Assembly (NCBI GenBank): GCA_963702545.1
Contig: CAVPDB010000006.1
Location: 187,594-251,593 of the forward strand
Source: an uncultured Acidobacteriota bacterium
GTDB taxonomy: Bacteria > Acidobacteriota > Polarisedimenticolia > J045
DNA: 64,000 bases
Direction of reading: 5' to 3'
Part shown: in pieces, positions 19,646 to 31,295 of the stretch
Layout: the number at the start of each line of letters is the position of its first letter
How positions within the stretch are numbered: the first letter of the stretch is position 1
Made by a program: the position numbers and the translations under genes
Notes under the pieces: model-generated
Told to the model about the DNA's origin: nothing
The model's database searches: none
Seen by the model: the letters and a program-made list of their open reading frames with translations, nothing else

Positions 19646-19851
19646 TTGAACAATTAATTCTCGGTCGCTCCCCCGCGACTGTCCCTTCTTTCCGCGGGCG
19701 CTCCGCGTACATTCTTGCCGAGCGTCGCCACGGCGCAGGGGGGGCTGGCGGTGTGCCCACGGAGCGGGCGGCCCAGAGGGGGCCGCGCCCGTTCCGCGAT
19801 GATTCGGGCACCGCCCTCCGCCCGACCCGAGCCGCTGACGATGGAGGCGCC

Positions 19852-22800
19852 ATGACCGTGACGCATCGCATGCGGCTGCTCTTCCCCCTGGCCGTCTTCG
19901 CGCTGGCCATCGCCGCCGGGTCCGTCCCGGCCCGGGCCCAGTGCGGCACCCGCTGGATCACCCAGACGGGCAACGACGCCGTCAACAACTGCCTGTCCTC
20001 GGCGGCCCCCTGCCGGACGATCAACCACGGCATCGCGCTCGCCTGCGCCAACGACGCGATCGAGGTCGGCGAAGGGACCTGGACCGAGGACGTGCTGATC
20101 GACCGCGCGGTCTACGTCAACAGCACCGGCAACAACGCCAACACGATCCTGCGCGGGGCCGGCGCCTCCGACATCGTGCGGATCCTGGCCTCCGGCGCGC
20201 AGCTCAACGGGTTCGCGGTCAGCGGCCCCAACCCCGGCCGGGCCTGCGTGCGGATCGGCGATGCGGCGCATCCGGGGGTGCGCACCACCCAGCTCACCAA
20301 CCTGAACGTCTCGGGCTGCACCGTCGGCGTCGTCGTCGACTCGGTCGGGGCTGCCGGCGACTGGATCCGGATCACGGGCAACATCGTCGCCAACCACGCG
20401 GCCGACGGCTCCGCGAACGGCGGTGTCGGGGTGCTCGTCACCGGCGGAGCCGGCCGCGTCGACATCCGCCAGAACAACTTCAGCGGCAACGGCGGCCCGG
20501 CGGTCAAGCTGGCGTCCGGCGCCAACGGGACGCTCCAGCTGGCCGGCAACACCTTCACGAACAACGCGCTCGCGATCCTCGCCTCCGGCCGCGCCGCGGT
20601 CGAGATCCACGGCGCCACCGACCTGCGGATGGAAGGGAACCTGTTCACCGGGCAGACCGGTCTGGGCGCGGTCGACGACGGGCGGGGGGCCTGGATCGAC
20701 GGCGCGAACGGGGTCGAGTTCTTCTGCAACGAAATGCGCGGCAACGACGGCGGGCTCGCGGTGAGCGGCACCGTGACCGGGCTCGCCGCGCTGCAGAACC
20801 GGTTCTTCAACCAGACCGGCCCGGCGATCGAGATCGCGGCCGGGAGCGCGCCCGGCGTGCGGATCAACGAGACGATCGTCTACGCCAACGGACAGGGGCT
20901 CGTGAACGGCGGCACCGCCCGGTCGACGCCCGCCACAACTGGTGGGGCGCGGCCTCGGGACCGGGCGGGCCGGGCGGCGTGGGCGGAACCGGGGACACCG
21001 TCACCGGCCCGGCCGACGTCGGCAACTTCATCGCGCGCACGCTGCAGCCGGTGCTGGCCAAGGCGCCGAAGACCGGCGGCTGGTCGCGCGCCACCGGGGC
21101 CTGCTACGACACGCTGCAGCCCGCGCTCGACGCCGCGCCGACCGGCAGCCTGATCCTGATCGGCGAGGGCGAGATCCGCGGCCAGGCGACGATGACCCGC
21201 GCCGGTCGACCTGGAGGGGATCCCGGGCCAGATCCCCCTGCCCTACTGCGACAACTGCTACCGCGCCGTGATCGACGGCACGCAGTTCAGCGGGCCGCGC
21301 CGGCCGGCGCTGACGCTCTCCGGCGTCAGCGGCGTCACGCTGCGGTACCTGACGATCCACGGCGCCGGGATGGGGACGCCGGCCTGCTTCGGCGGGCACC
21401 AGGACACGGAGGTCGGGCTCGACCTGGTCAACGTGAAGAACTCGCTGTTCCAGTTCCTCGACCTCCGGGAGAACGGCACGACCGAGATCCGCGTGCGCGG
21501 GGACTCGGACGACAACACCTTCGACGGGATCTACCTGGACGGGATGATCCGCGACGGCGACAACGAGGACCGCTGCGGCCACCGCTCGCGCGAGGGGTTC
21601 CTGATCGACGGCGGCCCACGGGCCTGCGAGGGCGGGGCCGGCGCCACGGCGGACCGCAACCGGATCCTCAACTCGAGCACCTACCACATCACCCGTTCGA
21701 TCAAGCTGCGCTGGGCCAACGCCACCGAGATCGCGGCCAGCGTGGTCCACGGCGTGCCGAGCGACGAGTGGCCGGAGCCGGACGCGCAGAACATCTGGAT
21801 CGAGGCCTCCAGCGACACCTGGATCCACGACAACCCCGAGATCGGGAACCGCGGCGTGAGCCGCGCGATCGCGATCCTGGGCAGCCGCTCGTGCGAGGCC
21901 GCCGACAGCGCGCGGACGCGGATCGAGAACTCGACGATCGACATGATCGACAACTCGGGGACCGGGCTGTACCTGGTCCACGCGGCCGGCGACAACGGCG
22001 CGCCGGTCGACACGCGCGTCTCCTGCTCGACGATCCGCGGCGCCTGGAAGGGCGTGGTCGCCGACTGGGTCGGCGGCGCGCAGATCGAGCTGACCGACCT
22101 GGTCTCCGACACCAGCGGGATCGTCAACAACACCGCCGACACGCTGCTGGCGCGTCGCAACTGGTGGGGCTCGCCGAGCGGGCCGTCAGGCGCCGGGCCG
22201 GGGACGGGCACGAGCGTCACGGCGGGGGTCGACTACACCGGCTTCCTGGCCTCCTCGGCCCACGACGACGCGGACGGCGACGGGGTCTCGGAATGCCAGG
22301 GCGACCCCGACGACGGCAACCCGCTGGTCCACCCCGTCGACGGCTGCGACGCCTTCGACAACGACCTCGACGGCACGCTCGACGAGGACTTTCTCCCGGC
22401 GGCGACGCAGTGCGGGACGGGCCTCTGCGCCGCCACCGGCGCGACGGCGTGCGTCGGCGGACTGGTCCAGGACAGCTGCCAGCCGCTGGCGCCGCCCTCC
22501 CCGACCGACGCGACCTGCGACGCGGTCGACGAGGACTGCGACGGCACGGCCGACGACGACTACCCGGCGTCGCCGACGACCTGCGGCGTCGGGGTCTGCG
22601 CGCGGTCGGGCGCGATCTCGTGCGTCGGCGGGGTCGTCCAGGACACCTGTGCCCCGGGCAACCCGATCGCGCCGACCGACGCGACCTGCAACGCGCTGGA
22701 CGACGACTGCGACGGCCTGTCGGACGAGGAGTTCGCCGCGGGCCCGACCAGTTGCGGGCTCGGGGCCTGCGCCTCGACCGGCATCAGCTCCTGCAACGGC

Positions 22801-23601
22801 GGCGTGGCGGGCGATTCCTGCGTGCCGGGGCTGCCCCTCGCGCCGTCCGACACGACCTGCGACGGCGTCGACGACAACTGCGACGGCCTGGTCGACGACG
22901 GTTACCTGCCGCTCGTCACCGCCTGCGGGCTCGGCGTCTGCGAGCGGATCGGCTCGACCTCCTGCGTGGGCGGGGCGGTGCAGGACAGCTGCCTGCCCGG
23001 CCCGCCGGCGGCGCCCGACGACGCCTCGTGCAACGGGCTGGACGACGACTGCAGCGGCCAGGTCGACGAGGACTACGCCGTCCAGCCGACGGTCTGCGGC
23101 GTCGGCGCCTGCGCGGCGCTGGGCTCGATCGCGTGCGCGGCCGGCCGGCCGGTCGAGATCTGCACCCCCGGCGAGCCCAGCCCCGAGGTCTGCAACTACC
23201 TGGACGACGACTGCGACGGGATCGGCGACAACAACATCCCGGTCCCCGACGGGCCGCTGCAGCTGGGCGCCGAGCGCGCGTCTTTCTCCGGCTCGGCGAT
23301 CCTGAGCTGGCCGTCCGTCCCCGCGGCCCTCACCTACGACGTGCTGCGCGGCCGGCTGCCGCTGCTGGTGACCAGCGGCGGAGACTTCAGCACGGCGACC
23401 GACCTGTGCCTGATCGACAACGTCGAGCTGACCTCCTGGTCGGCGCCGGACGTGCCGGAGCCGGGCGACGGGTACTGGTACCTGGTGCGCGCCGCGAACT
23501 GCGCCGGCGTCAGCAGCTACGACGCCGGCGAGTCGGCGCAGACCGGCCTGGCCGGCCCCCGCGACCCGGGAATCGCCGCGTCGCCGCAGGCCTGTCCTTA
23601 G
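19852..23601 (+). CDS. Large secreted protein: parallel beta-helix repeats, Cys/Asp-rich (MopE-like) repeats and a C-terminal CP module (frameshifts near 20920 and 21200)
   Basis: Signal peptide (…VPARAQ), PCRTINHGI...DAIEVGEGTW, Asn/Gly-rich beta-helix repeats, two NWWG..SGP motifs, repeated CD.vD.DCDG..D; ends in ACP. RBS GGAGG. Confidence 0.8.
22340..23240 (+). repeat. Intragenic 171-nt (57-aa) Cys/Asp-rich tandem repeat, about 5 copies
   Basis: The D-A/T-T/S-C-D/N unit starts at 22507, 22678, 22849 and 23020 (period exactly 171 nt); each unit has CG.G.C...G...C.GG...D.C.P. Confidence 0.85.
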
Positions 23602-23603
23602 TC

Positions 23604-23720
23604 CACGGGCGGAGGGGGCGGAGGGCGACCCCTCCGCCCCCTTCGCCCATCCGCCCCCTTCGCCCGTCCGCCCCCTTCGCCCGTCCGCCCCCTTCGCCCG
23701 TCCGCCCCCTTCCACCCGTG
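23604..23720 (+). repeat. GC-rich hairpin whose 3' arm is amplified as a 17-bp tandem repeat
   Basis: GGGCGGAGGGGGCGGAGGG-cgac-CCCTCCGCCCCCTTCGCCC; the unit TCCGCCCCCTTCGCCC(G/A) occurs at 23633, 23650, 23667, 23684 and degenerately at 23701. Confidence 0.85.
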
Positions 23721-23816
23721 GCCCCACACCCCGGGGCCAGGTCGCGACTAACTCAACCTGAATGCTCGGTTTGCGAGGCCTCGCTGTAGCCTATCGGGCG
23801 ATCAGGGGAGGACCTC

Positions 23817-25702
23817 ATGCGCCTTGCGACGGTCGTCGCGTGCCTCGCCGCATCCTGCGCGCCGGATGCGTTTGCTCAGTGCGTCGACACCGACGGCGAC
23901 GGCTACGGGAATCCCGCCTCCGCCGCCTGCCCGTTCGCGTTTCTCGACTGCAACGACGGCTGGGCGTCGACCTACCCCGGGGCCCCCGAGCCGTGCGACG
24001 GCTTCGACAACGACTGCAACGGGCTGATCGACGACGATCCCGTTTGCGACCGCACCTGCGACCCGCCGGAAGCGGTCGGCGGGGACCGGCTTCTCAGCAG
24101 CGGCGGCGGGATCGGCGCCGGGAGCCGGCCGCGGACCGCGTGGAACGGCGGCGGCTTCGCCACCGCCTGGTCCGACGCACGCGGTGGACGCGACGCCATC
24201 TTCGTCGCCTTCGCGGACGAGTCCGGCTCGCGCCTCGGGGGCGAGATCGCGGTGTCGGCCAGCGCGGGCTGGGCCAAGGACCCCGCGATCGCCTGGACCG
24301 GATCGGGCTACGGCGTCGCCTGGGCCGACTCGCGCGACGGCGCGCTCGAGATCTACTTCACGCTGCTCGATCTCACCGGGGCCAAGCTCTTTCCGGAGGT
24401 CGCGCTCACCGCCGGCGAGGAGATCTCGGGCTGGCCCGACCTCGCGTGGAACGGGCGGAACTTCGGGATCGTCTGGACCGGCGAGTCGAGCGGCCTCTCC
24501 TTCGCGGCCGTCGACCGCGCCGGCGGGCGGACGGGCCCGGTGACGAGCGTCGCGACGCATACCGCGTGGCCCAACCGGGCCGCGATCGCCTGGACCGGCG
24601 AGGAGTTCGCGGTGGCCTGGAGCGGAGTCGACGGCGGTCGCGGACAGGTGTTCCTGCAGCGCCTCTCCGCGGCGGGAGACCTGCTCGGGGGGCCCGCCCC
24701 CGTGACCGCAAACCCGACGGCGTCCGAGGCCTCGAACCCCCGGCTGACCTGGTCGGGAGTGGCTTCGCCGTCGCCTGGCACGACCGGCGGCTGGGCAGCC
24801 ACCGCGCCTTCCTCGCGCGGCTCGACCCCTCGGGCGCGAAGCTCGGCGCGGACCAGCCGCTCTCGGACACCGTCTCGCTCAACCCGGACCTGGCGTGGAC
24901 CGGGCAGGAGTTCGGCGTCGCGTGGAGCGAACCGCGGGACGGGATCGCGCGGAAGATCGTCTTCACGACGGTCGACACGGGCGGCGTTCCCGTCGTCCCC
25001 GCCGTCCGCGTCTCCTCAGGCACCCTCCCGTTCGACTACCCCAGCCTGGCCTGGACCGGCGTCCGCTACGGGATCGCGTCGCGCGAGCAGGCCGGGGCGT
25101 GGCGCGTCGTGACGAATCTCGTCGACTGCAACTGCCTCGACGGCGACGGCGACCTCGCGTCCTCGTGCACCGATTGCAACGACGGCGAGGCGACGGTCTA
25201 CCCGGGCGCGGCCGAGGCGTGCAACGGCCGCGACGACGACTGCAACGCGCTGGTGGACGACCTCGCTGGGGTGGTGGACGGAGATCTCGACGGCGTCGCG
25301 GGGGCCTGCGACAACTGCCCCGCGGTGCGCAACGAGCCGCAGTCGGACGGGGACGCCGACGGAGAGGGCGACGCCTGCGACCTCGACGACGCCGTCACGC
25401 TCTTCGAACGGATCGAGCGGCCGCGCGTCGCCTGGCAGAACGACGCGGGCTACCCGTCGTACAACCTCTACCGCGGCTCGCTCGCCGCGCTGTTCGCGAC
25501 CGGCGAGTACACGCAGGAGCCGGGCTCCAACCCCTACGCCGGCCGCTTCTGCGGGCTGGCCGTTCCCTGGCAGGACGACGGCCTCGAGCCCGCGGCCGGC
25601 GAGGCCTTCTACTGGCTGGCGGCCGGGGTCGGCGCGGGAGGCGAGGAGCCGCTGGGGAGCGGATCGGGGGTGACGCGGGCCAATCCCCACCCCTGCCCGT
25701 AG
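23817..25702 (+). CDS. Secreted protein with MopE-like metal-binding motifs, propeller-like AWTG repeats, a thrombospondin-3-like repeat and a C-terminal CP module (frameshift near 24755)
   Basis: Signal peptide, DTDGDGYG...DCND...YPGAPEPCDGFDNDCNG, seven repeats like AWTGSGYGVAW, DLDGVAGACDNCPAVRNEPQSDGDADGEGDACD; ends RANPHPCP. Confidence 0.8.
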
Positions 25703-25715
25703 CGCACAGCGCCGC

Positions 25716-27437
25716 TCAGCGCGCCGGGCGGGAACCGACCCCCAGCGCCTGCAGCGCCGTCGAGACGGCGACGACCACCCCGCACCCCACCACGTTGTAC
25801 CAGAGGAACCCCAGGTCGGAGGCGAGGAAGAGTGCGATCACCGTGGCCTGCGCGACCAGCGCGGCGACCAGGACCGGCGTCGCCGTGATGCGCTTGAGGA
25901 AGAAGGCCACGACGAACAGCCCCAGTATCGTGCCGTAGAAGATCGAGCCCAGGATGTTGACCGCCTGGATCAGGTTGTCGAGCAGCGAGGCGAAGGTCGC
26001 GAAGCCGACCGCGACCAGGCCCCACAGCACGGTGAACAGCTTCGAAACCAGCAGATCGGCGCGGCGGCGTCGCGGTCCGCGCCGCGAGCGGCCCGAGGCG
26101 CTTCCAGAGGTCGATCATGCTGGTGCTGCCCAGCGCGGCCAGCTCGCTCGAGATCGAGCTCATCGCGGCGCAGAGGATCACCGCGATCAGCAGCCCGACG
26201 AGGCCGCTGGGGCAGGTAGCGCAGCACGAACGAGATGAAGACGAAGTCGGCGTCCTTGGTCTCGGTCCCCGGGAGCGGCCTTCGCGACCAGCGCTTCGGC
26301 CTCCGTCCCGCAGCTCCTCGGTCGCGCGCGGCGGCCGCGCGCAGGGCCGCCTTCGCCGGCTGCCTCGCCGCGCTCCGCGTCGAGCGCCGCGACGTAGGCC
26401 TCGCGCCGCCCCGCGCTGCGCCGCGAAGGCGCCGTCGTAGCGCCGGTCCAGCGCCGCCAGCTCGGCGGCGTGCGGCGCCCGCGGCGACGCGCTCGAGAGC
26501 CGGCGCGTTGAAGAAGACCGGCGGCTGGCGTGAACAGGTAGAAGACGAAGACCATGCACGCCGACGAACAGGATGCCGAACTGCATCGGCACCTTGAACA
26601 TCCCGTTGAAGAGCAGCCCCAGGCGGCTCTCGGTGACCGAGCGGCCGGCCAGGTAGCGCTGGACCTGGGACTGATCGGTCCCGAAGTAGGCGAGCGCCAG
26701 GAAGAACCCGCCGGTGATCCCCGACCAGAAGTTGTAGCGGCTCTCGAGAGTCGAGATCGAAGCTCACGGCGTTCATCCGGTCGAGCGCGCCGGCGAGCTT
26801 GAGCGCGTGCGGCAGCGAGACCGGCGTCGGGCAGGCTGAACAGACGATCACCACTCCGGCGATCGCCATCCCCGGCCAGCATGACGATCATCTGCTGCTT
26901 CTGGGTCTGGCTGACCGCGCGGGTGCCGCCGAAGACGGTGTAGGCGATGACGAACAGCCCCGATGCCGAGGTTGGTGGCGTGCAGCGGCCAGCCCAGGAT
27001 CGTGCTGAGGATGATCGACGGGGCGTAGATCGTGATCCCGGCCGCGAGCCCGCGCTGGATCAGGAACAGGACCGCCCCCAGGTAGCGGACCCGGCGCGTC
27101 GAAGCGGTGCTCGAGGTACTCGTAGGCGGTGTAGACCTTGAGCCGGTGGTAGATCGGCACGAAGACCGCGGCGATCACGATCATCGCCAGCGGCAGGCCG
27201 AAGTAGAACTGCACGAAGCGCATCCCGTCCTCGTACGCCTGGCCGGGGGTCGACAGGAAGGTGATCGCGCTGGCCTGGGTGGCCATGATGCTCAGAGCCC
27301 GATCGTCGGCCAGGCCAGCGTGTTGCCGCCGCGCAGGTAGCCGTCGACGTCCTTGACGTCGCGCGACTTCCACGCGCCGTAGATCGCCGATGAAGCAGCA
27401 GCGTGCCGGCCAGGACGACCCAGTCGAGCGCGGTCAC
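25716..27437 (-). CDS. Sodium:solute symporter (SSS) family transporter (multiple frameshifts)
   Basis: [95 protein letters not shown], in successive frames. Confidence 0.88.
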
Positions 27438-27591
27438 GCCGCCCACCCGGCAGGAGCGCGAAGAGCCGCGACCAGCAGCGCCAGCTCCGCCAGCAGCAGC
27501 AGGTAGACGTTGCGCCAGCTGCCGAGCAGCGGGGGCGGCTCGTCCCCGGCGCCGGGCCGGGCCGAGGCTCGCGCGGCTCGGAGGCCCCCAC
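27434..27591 (-). CDS. Small membrane protein upstream of the symporter (frameshifted)
   Basis: DEPPPLLGSWRNVYLLLLAELALLV: one hydrophobic helix; its stop overlaps the symporter GTG. Confidence 0.55.
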
Positions 27592-27594
27592 CGC

Positions 27595-30108
27595 TCAGCC
27601 CCTGGCGAGCAGGTTGGCGAACAGCCGGTAGGCGCCCGGAACGCCGGCCGGGAGCTGCCGGAAGAAGGCGAGGCCGGTGTAGACGAAGCGCCCCTTCCCG
27701 TGGCGGGCGACGAGCGTGCTCCCCTTCAGCGGCTCCTCGCCCGGGTCGGCGATCGCGAACAGCGGCGTGTAGCGCTCGATCCCACGTTCGCCGCGAAGTA
27801 GATCCCGCGCTCCTGGACCCAGCCCGCGAAGTCGGCCTCGCCGAGCTCGTTCGGGGCGCGCAGCGCCGGGTGGTCCGGGGCCAGCAGCGCGATCGCCGCC
27901 GTCTCGTCGGTGACCCGGTCACGGCCGATCTCGAACGGGTAGGGCCCGATCGCGACTCCATCGGGGCGAGCCGGTTGTTCGTGCTGTACTGCGCCACCAG
28001 CGTCCCGCCCTGCTCGACGAAGTCCATCAGCCGCGGGTGCGCCGCGCGCAGCCAGGCGCGCGTGTTGTAGGCGCGGATCCCGACGACGATCGCCGCGAAG
28101 CGCGCAGAGGTCGCCGCGCGCGGACCGTCTCCTCGTCGAGCGCGACGACCGCAGCCCCGACGTGACGCCAGGTCCTCGGCGACCGAGTCGCCGGAGCCGG
28201 GGATGTAGCCGATCGCGCCGGGCGGCAGCTGGATCGCGAGCGGCGCCAGCCGCAGCGTCGCCGGCTGCAGCACGAGCTGCACCGGGATGTGCGGGTAGTC
28301 GATCGTCGACTCGGCGAACGACCAGCGGCGGCCGTCGGCGGCCAGCACCGGCGTGACCTCGATCGGTGCGGCGCCGGCCGGCGCGGTGACCGTGAACGCG
28401 ACCGTCGCCTCGTCGCCGGCCTTCGCGAGCTTGACCGGCTGCGCCGCCGGCTCGGCCTTCCAGCCGGCCGGGAGCGGCAGCGCGACCTCGGCCTCCAGCG
28501 CGTCGCGCCCGGCGCGCACGCGCACCGCAACCGCCGCCGGGCGGCCATTGACCAGCATCGTCGCCTCGCGCGTCGGCGTGACCGTCGCCGGCGGCACGAT
28601 CACGAACGGCCGCAGGCGCTCCCCCAGCACGGGGTCGGCCGCGGCGTGCTCGACCGGAACGGCGATCGCCAGCTCGCGCTCGCCGAAGCGGAAGCGCGTC
28701 GTGACCGCCAGCGGCGGCGGGCCGAGCGGCTCCCCCGCCAGCCGCGGATCGGTCACCGCCTGCCGCCCGCGCGTGCCGGGCGCGGCCAGCCAGTACGGGA
28801 CCGAAACCGGCGCGTCGGCCGGCAGCCGGATCGCCTGCGGGAAGGTCCGGCTGCTCGCCGGCGGCGAGCGCGGCGCCCGGCTCGAGCGGCGGCACCCAGG
28901 GAAACTCGATCCGCTGCAGCACGACCGCCGCGGGCCGGCGCAGCGCGACCTCCAGCGTCGAGCTTGACCTCGCTCCCGGGCGCAGCCGTCGGCGCGGGGG
29001 CGGTGGCCCGCACGAACAGGCCGGCCGCCGACGCGACCAGGTGCTCCAGCGCCGCCCGCGCGTCGCGCACCCGGACGCCGCCGCGGGCAGCGCGTCGAGC
29101 GCGCGGTGCGCGTCGAGCAGCGCCGGGATCGCGCGCTCCGGCGCGTCGCGCTCGAGCGTCGCACGGGCCCGGTCGAGCGCGGCGATCAGTGGCGCGGCGG
29201 GCGGGCCGAAGCGGTTCCAGGTCAGGTCGAGCCCGCCCAGGACGTCGTCGCCGGGCGGCTTCGACCCGGCGAGCGGGACGAAGTACTCGAGGACCTCGCC
29301 GCGCTGCCCCGGCACGCCGAACCCCTGGCTGCGGTGCTGGCTGCGCGAGAGCGCGGCCAGCTCGCCGTATCCCAGGCCCAGCCGCGGGTCGTAGGCGCCG
29401 ACGTTCAGCTTGAGCGCGCCTTCCGGCGGCGGATCGCCGCGCCACGAGCCCCAGGTTGCGGAACAGGCGCTCGGCCTGCCACGGCGTCACGCCGTCCTGC
29501 AGTTGCTCGGGGAAGCGCGCCGGGTCGGCCGCGGCGGCGAACGCCTCGCGTGCCAGGATCGCCGACGCGGTGTGGTGGCCGTGGTTGGGCGGGTTCTCGT
29601 CGAAGCGGGTGACGATCACGTCGGGCCGGAAGGTGCGGATCACCCAGACCACGTCGGCCAGCGCCTCGTCGTGGTCCCACCACGACAGCGTCTCGGCCGC
29701 CGACTTGGAGTAGCCGAAGTCGCGCATCCGCGTGAAGCGCTGCTGCGCGCCGTCGATGCGCCGTGCAGCCAGCAGCTCCTCGGTGCGGATCACGTCGAGC
29801 AGGTCCCCCTGCTCGGCACCGATCAGGTTCTGCCCGCCGCCGCCGCGGGTCATCGACAGGTAGGCGGCGGCGAGGTGCCGGCCATTCGCGAGATAGGTCA
29901 GAAGGCGCGTGTTCTCGTCGTCGGGGTGGGCCGCGACGTAGAGTACGCGGCCCGTACTGGCCAGGCGGTCCAGCTCGTGCGCGAGGTGTCCGGCGTGCAT
30001 GAGGGGCTCCGCGGCGGCGGCGGGAAGGGCTGCGGCGAGCAGGAGGATCGCAGCGGCGACGAGGAAGCGGGCCGCGCCTGCGGTCAGGCTCGAATGCGGG
30101 CTCGTCAT
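27595..30108 (-). CDS. Secreted long-form PIG-L/LmbE family deacetylase (multiple frameshifts)
   Basis: Signal peptide (FLVAAAILLLAAALPAAAA), VLYVAAHPDDEN, TRGGGGQNLIG, RTEELLAARRIDG, DFGYSKS, HGHHTAS, RSQHRSQGFG, IDYPHIP, VGIRAYN, WVQERGIYF, FFRQLPAGVPGAYRLFANLL. ATGA overlap with bshA. Confidence 0.88.
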
Positions 30109-31295
30109 CGGGCCTCCCGTGACCGGCGGTGCTCGAGCACGCGCCGGAAGAAGGCCTCGTACCGATCGAAGGCGGCCGGCTCCGCGAAGTGCGCGACGGC
30201 GTGGGCGCGCGCCGCCCGCCCCATCGCGGCGCGGCGCGCCGGATCGCCGAGCACTTCGATCAGCGCGCGGGCCAGGCGTTCGGGATCGTGCGGTTCGACC
30301 AGACAGCCGGTCGCACCGTCGACGATCACCTCGGGGATCCCGCCGACGCGGAAGGCGAAGACCGGCACGCCGGCGCTCTGCGCCTCGAGCGCGGCGACGC
30401 CGAAGCTCTCGGTCTCGCTCGGCAGGACGAAGGCGTCGGCGTGCTGGAGGTACTCGATGAACTCCGCGCGGCGGCCCAGGAACGCCACCGCGTCGCTGAC
30501 CCCCAGCGCGTCGGCGCGCTCGACCGCGGCGCCGCGGGTCGGGCCGTCGCCGACCAGCACCAGCCGCGCCGGCCGTTCGCGCCGCACGTGGGCCAGCACC
30601 TCCATCAGCTCCGGGACCCGCTTCACCTCGCGGAAGTTGCTGACGTGGAACAGGTAGGCCGTGCCGGGCGCTCCCGGCCCCGCGAACAGCGCGGCAAGGC
30701 GCGCGCGGATCGGGCGCCGGCGCCGGCGCGTAGTGCTCGGTGTCGACGAAGTTGGGCAGCACGTCGATCGGCTGCGATTCGGGGATCCCGAGGCAGCGCC
30801 GCGCCTCGCGCCGGAGGAAGTCGGAGGGGACCGTGATCCCGTCGGCGGCGGCCACGGCGTGGGCCGTGACCGGCCGGTAGGCCGGGTCGGAGCCGACGCG
30901 CGTCACGTCGGTGCCGTGCAGCGAGGCAACCAGCGCGGGCGCCCGCGCGCCGCCGGCCTCGAGCACCTGGCGCGCCAGCAGCGCGCTGGTCGCGTGCGGC
31001 ACGGCGTAGTGCACCTGCACCAGGTCGAGCCCGTGGGTCCGCGCGATCTCGACGATCGTCGAGGCCACGGCCAGCGTGTAGGGCGCGTGCTCGAACACCG
31101 GGTAGGGCGGGACGCGGACCTCGTGGAAGGTCTCGCCGGCGCAGGGGGGCAGCTCGCGGCTGGGGCGCGACGATGGCGATCAGGTGGATCCGGTGGCCGC
31201 GCCGGGCCATGCCCAGCGCCAGCTCGGAGGCCACGACGCCGCTCCCGCCGAGGCTCGGGAAGCAGACGATGCCGATCGAGAGCGGCGAGCGTCAT
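30105..31295 (-). CDS. bshA: N-acetyl-alpha-D-glucosaminyl L-malate synthase BshA (frameshifted)
   Basis: IGIVCFPSLGGSGVVASELA, YPVFEHAPYTLA, HYAVPHATSA, LHGTDVTRVG, HVSNFREVKR, LPSETESFGVAALEA; adjacent to bshB1 and bshC. Confidence 0.9.

Noticed and set aside
23633-23718. 17-bp direct repeats as a CRISPR array
   Set aside because: The repeats are contiguous with no spacers, are too short, and there are no cas genes in the window.
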